From positions 1 through 12,153 of the IMG/VR virus record IMGVR_UViG_2693429719_000002: a DNA stretch of 12,153 bases; one strand, given 5' to 3'. This document shows positions 7,295 to 12,153 of the stretch, piece by piece. The translations under genes were made by a program, and so were the position numbers. The stretch is from a virus (taxonomy: Duplodnaviria > Heunggongvirae > Uroviricota > Caudoviricetes). The notes beneath the pieces were generated by a model. It made no database searches. It saw nothing but the letters and a program-made list of their open reading frames with translations, and was not told the DNA's origin. The stretch's first letter is position 1. Every line of letters begins with the position of its first letter.

Positions 7295-7529
7295 AATCGC
7301 CCCCACCATTTTCACAATCAACAATCAGGATGGCTTTAGCCTCATTCAGCGCCATATCAGCGGTAAGCTGCACATATGCCAGCGAATGCGGGATTATCGC
7401 CCCTGTATATTCCGGCTCTCTGGTAATGTGTTTTTCTGCGGTTGCTGCCGTGCATGAAATATCAATCAGCGCGTCCATCAGCGTTCTGATGGCTTCGCCT
7501 GCTGCGTCCGGCGTGTTTTTATTGCACAT
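7284..7529 (-). CDS. Hypothetical protein (81 aa)
   Basis: ORF in track; start overlaps the stop of the upstream 68-aa gene; GGGGG RBS upstream. Confidence 0.45.
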   Translation of the reverse strand: MCNKNTPDAAGEAIRTLMDALIDISCTAATAEKHITREPEYTGAIIPHSLAYVQLTADMALNEAKAILIVDCENGGGDYAK

Positions 7530-7725
7530 GGCGCACCCCCTGACGAATACGGGCGGCGAATACCATCACACAGCCATCAGGAGATTGCTGGCGTGCTTCC
7601 TGTTCGCTGGTGGCCTCGATGGTAATCACGCGCGGCTGTGCCGTGCTCAGGGCGATAAAACGCCAGATGTATTTATTCAGGTTGTACGAGTCCCGCCCTT
7701 GCGGGTGTGTGGTATGATTTAACAT
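7522..7725 (-). CDS. Hypothetical protein (68 aa), first gene of the leftward operon
   Basis: Corresponds to the last 68 codons of the 411-aa track ORF 7519..8754. ATG at 7725 has GAGG 5 nt upstream; the upstream part of that long ORF is judged spurious. Confidence 0.5.
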
Positions 7726-7823
7726 AGCTACCTCGATACTTCTGCTATCGTTGGTGGTTAGAAGCCCCGTTACTGCTCCTACAGTGCGGGGTTTCGTCGT
7801 TTCTGCACCTTGCATTAACAAGG

Positions 7824-7900
7824 TGTAAGTAACTTTATTTATAGGTGGCTTACATGTCAATGCTTTTATGTAAGACTTTTTATGTGTATATTGTCTTACA
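7824..7900. promoter_or_regulatory. Divergent promoter region with two ~31-bp operator-like elements (TGTAAG-N19-CTTACA)
   Basis: TGTAAG at 7824 and 7869, CTTACA at 7849 and 7895. A TTGACA -35 for the leftward operon (reverse complement of 7855..7860) abuts the first element. Confidence 0.5.
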
Positions 7901-7921
7901 CTTTCATTGAGAGGATTACAG

Positions 7922-8227
7922 ATGGCTACAGGTTCAAAAAACGCAAAATCACAATCACTGACAGCTCGGATCCCGCATGATGTTATTGAAGGCATGGAAT
8001 CCGTAAAACTGGACGGTGAAAGCAACGCCGGATTCATCGTAACCGCCATGCGCGGTGAAATCGCCCGCCGCCAGGCAGAAGGAAGCGGAGAAAACCTCCT
8101 GGTTTCTTCGCTCGATGCACTGGCGCAGGTGGAAAAAATCGGAGTCAAAGCAGCCGAGGAGATCGGGCAACTCATCACCGTCGCGCGTGAAGAACTCCAG
8201 CGTCGCAAGGCCAAAGAGCAGGAGTAA
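7922..8227 (+). CDS. Small regulatory protein, possibly ribbon-helix-helix type (101 aa)
   Basis: ATG at 7922 with GAGAGGA RBS 6 nt upstream. N-terminal SLTARIPHDVIEGMESV resembles an RHH strand-helix motif (weak, by eye). Sits next to the operator-like repeats. Confidence 0.5.
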   Translation: MATGSKNAKSQSLTARIPHDVIEGMESVKLDGESNAGFIVTAMRGEIARRQAEGSGENLLVSSLDALAQVEKIGVKAAEEIGQLITVAREELQRRKAKEQE

Positions 8228-8284
8228 CCATCACCAGCGCCGTGGTGCGACGAACTGTGGCGCACAGGGTTACAGGTATCTACG

Positions 8285-8482
8285 ATGACTGACAAATCAT
8301 TAAAGAAATTATCCTCATCCAGGAAAAAACAACGCAAAAACGCGGTAAGCGAACAAGAACAGGAAAGATTCGCGCCATGTGCGTTTGTCCTTGAGAAGTT
8401 CCTTAACGAGTACAGGCGCACAAAAATGGGATCGCATACCTGGAAAACATCGCAGCATGGCGATGCTAAAGAGCAGGAATAG
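8285..8482 (+). CDS. Hypothetical small basic protein (65 aa)
   Basis: ORF in track; weak RBS. Its last residues and stop context duplicate those of the upstream gene (AKEQE). Confidence 0.35.
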   Translation: MTDKSLKKLSSSRKKQRKNAVSEQEQERFAPCAFVLEKFLNEYRRTKMGSHTWKTSQHGDAKEQE

Positions 8483-8585
8483 CCCACCAGCAAGCCAGCA
8501 CACTGATCACATTGCCAACCGGATGTAATCACGGCATAGTAATCAGCGCTCATGCGTTGGGGATAACGCGCAATTAGTGTTGAAG

Positions 8586-8613
8586 GGCCACCGTAGCGGG
8601 TGGCCTTTGTTTT
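8586..8613 (+). terminator. Rho-independent terminator (GGCCACC-GTAGC-GGGTGGCC + TTTGTTTT)
   Basis: GC-rich hairpin followed by a T-run, about 100 bp downstream of the plus-strand genes. Confidence 0.6.
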
Positions 8614-8666
8614 GCCTGTTATCCGGCAATTGTGGCGCTTCGTCACACGGTTGATATAATTCCCCT

Positions 8667-8740
8667 GCACTGATCCATTTTTTTCGCAGCAGGTTAATTG
8701 TTCGCAAGGGCGCTCCGGCAACGGGGCGCTTTTTGTTTTT
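8667..8740 (+). ncRNA. Candidate small RNA (~75 nt) between an extended -10 promoter and a strong terminator
   Basis: TGATATAAT at 8652..8660; terminator at 8710..8740; no ORF in the interval. Confidence 0.3.
8710..8740 (+). terminator. Rho-independent terminator (8-bp stem with GCAA loop + TTTTTGTTTTT)
   Basis: GCGCTCCG-GCAA-CGGGGCGC followed by an 11-nt T-rich run. Confidence 0.65.
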
Positions 8741-8898
8741 ACCCACCAGCACAATAAAAATCTTCATTTTCCATTTTTGTAAAATTTCATGCTTTCCGGA
8801 TGGCTGGCCATATGTCATTTTTTAGCAGAAGATTTTGCCTTGCTGGTGGATAGCTTCCCGGTCAACACGATGTACCGTATAATCAGCACCGCGTGTGG

Positions 8899-9477
8899 TT
8901 ACTGAATACGCTCACCAAAGTAAAACTCAGGCTGATATTCACGTATCAGCCTTTTTTCTTCTTCCTCCAGCTCACGCTTTTTGCGCTTACATGCCTGTAG
9001 CTCCCTCCCCTTCTCGCTGGCACTTATCCGGTATTGCTCTTTGCGGCGGGAAAAATCCTGTAATGCGCCCCACGGGATACCATAAGCCCCCGTTTTTCTG
9101 ATACCCGGTATCACATTTCTGAATACCCAATTACTGAAACTATGAGCAAATGTGCCAGGCGTCATTGCTTTGCGGCTACGGGCTATTAGTTTGTAGAAAC
9201 CTGACTCAGAGATAATGCTCATATTCTGATTTCCTCCGGGGGTGTAAGTTAAATTTACTCCCTTTTCATCATCATCAAGCATCTGCAACGCCGTACGCGA
9301 ATTGGTCAGTTCCAGCGCAGCGCAGACATCCTTTGCAACAAACCACGGATCGCCGTTCAGATACACCACGCGAACGTTCACACCATCAAAGCGCAGAACG
9401 ACGAGATCACGAATATCGCAGAATTTTTTCACTGGACGAGCGTACCCCTTGCCCGTCACGGCAATATTTTTATTCAT
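8899..9477 (-). CDS. Bro-N domain protein (putative antirepressor-like)
   Basis: Bro-N signature read by eye: VRVVYLNGDPWFVAKDVCAALEL...SESGFYKLIARSRKAM...FSNWVFRNVIPGIRKTGAY. Confidence 0.8.
   Translation of the reverse strand: MNKNIAVTGKGYARPVKKFCDIRDLVVLRFDGVNVRVVYLNGDPWFVAKDVCAALELTNSRTALQMLDDDEKGVNLTYTPGGNQNMSIISESGFYKLIARSRKAMTPGTFAHSFSNWVFRNVIPGIRKTGAYGIPWGALQDFSRRKEQYRISASEKGRELQACKRKKRELEEEEKRLIREYQPEFYFGERIQ
8929..8958 (+). terminator. Plus-strand hairpin + T6 inside the 3' end of the Bro-N coding region (antisense)
   Basis: AGGCTGATA-TTCACG-TATCAGCCT followed by TTTTTT; a TATAAT at 8878..8883 lies upstream. Confidence 0.4.
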
Positions 9478-9494
9478 CGCGTTTTGACCTTATA

Positions 9495-9520
9495 GACAAA
9501 AAACCCCTCGTAATGAGGGG
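9495..9520 (-). terminator. Rho-independent terminator downstream of alpA (CCCCTC-ATTAC-GAGGGG + TTTTTTG on the minus strand)
   Basis: Hairpin and U-tract begin 14 nt after the alpA stop. Confidence 0.6.
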
Positions 9521-9533
9521 CGTTATTTACTGG

Positions 9534-9791
9534 TTATTGCTGTTTTGTTTTTCCAGGTTTCCATCCAGGATGCCACTCACCACGGATCCACGCCTGAACC
9601 TCTGAAAGTCGATAGCCTGCCGCACGTTCGCCGATCTTGATACGTCGCGGGAATTTACCTGCCTGCTCCATTTTCCAGCGTGTTGAGTTTGCCAGCGTGG
9701 TAAGTGCTATGCATTCTTTTTCACGAATGAACCGATCAATGTCCTTCATTGCGCGCAAATCGTTTTCATCCACAAGAGAATAAATTGTCAT
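9534..9791 (-). CDS. alpA: AlpA-family transcriptional regulator / excisionase-like protein
   Basis: 85-aa HTH protein directly downstream of int (start 1 nt after the int stop); GAGGTGG RBS. Confidence 0.8.
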   Translation of the reverse strand: MTIYSLVDENDLRAMKDIDRFIREKECIALTTLANSTRWKMEQAGKFPRRIKIGERAAGYRLSEVQAWIRGEWHPGWKPGKTKQQ

Positions 9792-9792
9792 A

Positions 9793-11034
9793 TCACACCA
9801 CCTCTTTATTAAGCTCGATAACGTTGTTGTTAAATCCTGCTATCGTATTAAGGTAATTAACCCACATATTAAGCACCTCAAGTTTTTTCTTTATATGCCT
9901 GCTTTTATTGTAAACACCAGCAACCCCTTTCACTTTATGACCCAAAAGAAGTTCGACAATATAAGGATCCGCCCCCATATCATTAAGCATTGTGGAAAAT
10001 GTGCGCCTGAAATCATGTATGCACCACAAGCCATTAGTATCATGACCAAGACGCCTGCATATTCTGTTTGCAGCCCCTGTTATTGTCGCCCTTTGCAAAG
10101 CACAACCGACAACATAACCGCGATTCTTTGTTTCTGCGTAAAGATTAACGATCCATTGTTTTATACCGTCAGGAACGGGCCTTACTATGGCCTCACCGTT
10201 TTTGCTGTGCTCTTTTGGGACTGTCCATACCCAGTTTTTTAAATCCCATTCTTCCCAGGTGGATAACCTCGCCTCCTGCTGTCGACAACCAAACGCCAGG
10301 CATATCACCATAATTCTTCGGTTATGTATCGATGAGAGAGTAAGCAAATTATTTCCATAAGCATACGACCATACATCAGCAGTTTCATTGATGCTAAGAA
10401 CGCGATCCCGTATACCGGACGAGCGGCCTACATAACTTACATTAATGTCTCCAAATGGATCGCAAGCGATATATTGCCTGACGCGACAAAACCGCAACGC
10501 CTGTTTAATATCAAGAAAAATTGCACCAGACATAACAGGCGCATTTTTTTTAATCCTGTCAAAGACGGTAAGCCATGTGTGTAATTTGCACTGTTCTATG
10601 GCCATATCGCCGATATAGGGGAATATATGCTTTTCAAATCGTTTTATTAAATATTCATGCTCTTTTCTGGCTGTTGTGGCGTGATTGTCGTACCAGTAAA
10701 ACAGCGCATCCCTTACGGTCACTGGTTGCATAGTTTTTTCGGCAGCAAGTTTTATTTGCCTGCGGGGGTCCAGATTTTCAGCCAGCCATTCACGGCACTG
10801 ATCACGCATGCGCCTGGCAGTTGCAAGAGACATGTCAGGATAGCGACCAAGTGTAAGCCATACCGGAGGGGATTTCCTGCCACCAAGACGATAGTAAAAA
10901 ACAAAGCTTATCCCCCCGACCATGCTTACACGCACAGACAGCCCGCGACCATCCGCTATTGTTTTTTGTTTGTCCTGTCGTTTTCCGGCAAGACTCTTTA
11001 ACAGTTTGTCGCTGAGTTTGTTTTCAATAGCCAT
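9793..11034 (-). CDS. int: Tyrosine-type site-specific integrase (P4-like)
   Basis: 413 aa; C-terminal catalytic motifs HDFRRTF ... LLGHKVKGVAGVYNKS (H-x-x-R ... Y); sits next to the element end. Confidence 0.95.
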   Translation of the reverse strand: MAIENKLSDKLLKSLAGKRQDKQKTIADGRGLSVRVSMVGGISFVFYYRLGGRKSPPVWLTLGRYPDMSLATARRMRDQCREWLAENLDPRRQIKLAAEKTMQPVTVRDALFYWYDNHATTARKEHEYLIKRFEKHIFPYIGDMAIEQCKLHTWLTVFDRIKKNAPVMSGAIFLDIKQALRFCRVRQYIACDPFGDINVSYVGRSSGIRDRVLSINETADVWSYAYGNNLLTLSSIHNRRIMVICLAFGCRQQEARLSTWEEWDLKNWVWTVPKEHSKNGEAIVRPVPDGIKQWIVNLYAETKNRGYVVGCALQRATITGAANRICRRLGHDTNGLWCIHDFRRTFSTMLNDMGADPYIVELLLGHKVKGVAGVYNKSRHIKKKLEVLNMWVNYLNTIAGFNNNVIELNKEVV

Positions 11035-11052
11035 TAACAGCCCTCAAGAGAT

Positions 11053-11106
11053 TTGCAATACACACCCATCCCGATCGCCAATTTGCAATACACATTGCAA
11101 TACACA
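11053..11106 (+). repeat. Three TTGCAATACACA repeats between int and attR, putative arm-type integrase sites / int promoter region
   Basis: Copies at 11053, 11083 and 11095; the last two form the same 22-mer found at 389..410. Confidence 0.5.
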
Positions 11107-11182
11107 AAACCGCGAAAAACCGGAATAGTGGTGAACGGTCATCAAAAGTATGGAAAACGACATTCCAGACGCAGCAAGGGTT

Positions 11183-12064
11183 TTAGTGGAGTTGGCGAAC
11201 GATGCGGACAACTACGGTGAGATGATAGACATAAATCGCCTTCACAATGGCGCTCTGCAGCTGCGTGTTCTGCAGCGTGTCGAGCATCTTCATCTGCTCC
11301 ATCACGCTGTAAAACACATTTGCACCGCGGGTCTGCCCGTCCTCCACGGGTTCAAAAACGTGAATGAACGAGGTGCGCCCGCCGGGTAACTCACGGGGCA
11401 TCCATGTCCATTTCTGCGGCATCCAGCCAGGATACCCGTCCTCGCTGACGTAATATCCCAGCGCCGCGCCGCTGTCATTAATCTGCACACCGGCACGGCA
11501 GTTCCGGCTGTCGCCGGTATTGTTCGGGTTGCTGATACGCTTCGGGCTGACCATCCGGAACTGTGTCCGGAACAGTCGCGAGGGACTGGTATCCCAGGTG
11601 GCCTGAACGAACAGTTCACCGTTAAAGGCGTGCATGGCCACACCTTCCCGAATCATCATGGTAAACGTGCGTTTTCGCTCAACGTCAATGCAGCAGCAGT
11701 CATCCTCGGCAAACTCTTTCCATGCCGCTTCAACCTCGCGGGAAAAGGCACGGGCTTCTTCCTCCCCGATGCCCAGATAGCGCCAGCTTGGGCGATGACT
11801 GAGCCGGAAAAAAGATCCGACGATATGATCCTGATGCAGCTGGATGGCGTTGGCGGCATAGCCGTTATTGCGTACCAGATCGTCTGCGCGGGCATTGCCA
11901 CGGGTAAAGTTGGGCAACAGGGCTGCATCCACACTTTCACCCGGTGGGTTCCACGCCCGCAACTGCCCTCCAAATCCGCTGCCACCGCCGTGATAACCGG
12001 CATATTCGCGCAGCGATGTCATGCCGTCCGGCCCCAGAAGGGTGGGAATGGTGGACGTTTTCAT
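11183..12064 (-). CDS. B: Lambda-type portal protein, N-terminal portion; ends in 17 element-derived codons after ...SAIVKA
   Basis: 293-aa ORF starting [34 protein letters not shown], near-identical to remembered lambda gpB. Homology stops at the core, then reads [17 protein letters not shown] and terminates. Confidence 0.9.
11230..11242. other. attR junction: core ATCGCCTT (11235..11242) within CATAAATCGCCTT
   Basis: Direct repeat of 302..314 with one mismatch at the fifth base. Confidence 0.7.
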
Positions 12065-12153
12065 ACATAAAATCCTGCAGGTCCCCTGCGTCGCTGTGTC
12101 ATGCCGGTCTGCACTTCCAGCTCCGCAATGTATTTTTTCAGGTCAGACACGGA
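12061..12153 (-). CDS. W: Head-tail joining protein W, C-terminal part (runs off the window end); stop overlaps the portal start
   Basis: Minus-strand translation ...[30 protein letters not shown] matches the remembered lambda gpW C-terminus. Has the lambda-like GTATGA overlap with the B start. Confidence 0.8.

Larger units (their letters stand above)
307..11242. mobile_element. Integrated phage-satellite-like island (~10.9 kb) inserted in the portal gene of a lambda-like prophage
   Basis: Bounded by direct-repeat cores; integrase adjacent to the right end; split target ORF; internal replication, capsid and packaging modules. Confidence 0.8.

Noticed and set aside
7726-8754. Upstream 343 codons of the 411-aa minus-strand ORF 7519..8754
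   Set aside because: Cys/Ser/Thr-rich, low-complexity translation with no RBS at its start; antisense to better-supported plus-strand genes and terminators. Only the last 68 codons (7522..7725), which have their own RBS and ATG, are kept.
9895-11001. Plus-strand ORFs 9895..10242 and 10657..11001 within the integrase gene
   Set aside because: Antisense to a confidently identified integrase; no independent support.
11150-12070. ORFs 11150..11389 (+), 11302..11643 (-), 11630..12070 (+), 11656..12003 (-) overlapping the portal fragment
   Set aside because: Alternative frames or opposite strand of the portal N-terminal coding region, which has strong homology support.

Overview
The window is a lambda-like prophage head-gene region (3' end of W, portal gene B) in which the portal gene is split by a ~10.9 kb integrated element (about 307..11242). 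The portal N-terminal part (11183..12064, minus) and C-terminal part (1..314, minus) are separated by the insert and share an 8-bp core (ATCGCCTT on plus strand) at both junctions; joining the flanks rebuilds an in-frame portal ORF. The insert has the organisation of a phage satellite / phage-inducible island, almost all on the minus strand: P4-type tyrosine integrase, AlpA-family regulator, Bro-N protein, a divergent promoter/operator region with a small plus-strand regulator, four small overlapping ORFs, primase-helicase, an iteron-rich putative origin, SSB, a lambda gpE-like major capsid protein, a gpD-like decoration protein, a second AlpA-like HTH protein, a lambda-type cos site and a Nu1-like small terminase. 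No portal, protease/scaffold, large terminase or tail genes lie inside the insert. The most interesting system is therefore a capsid-encoding, cos-bearing satellite that sits inside its presumptive helper's portal gene. Homology calls come from reading the translations against remembered lambda, SSB, Bro-N, AlpA and integrase sequences; no database search was run.
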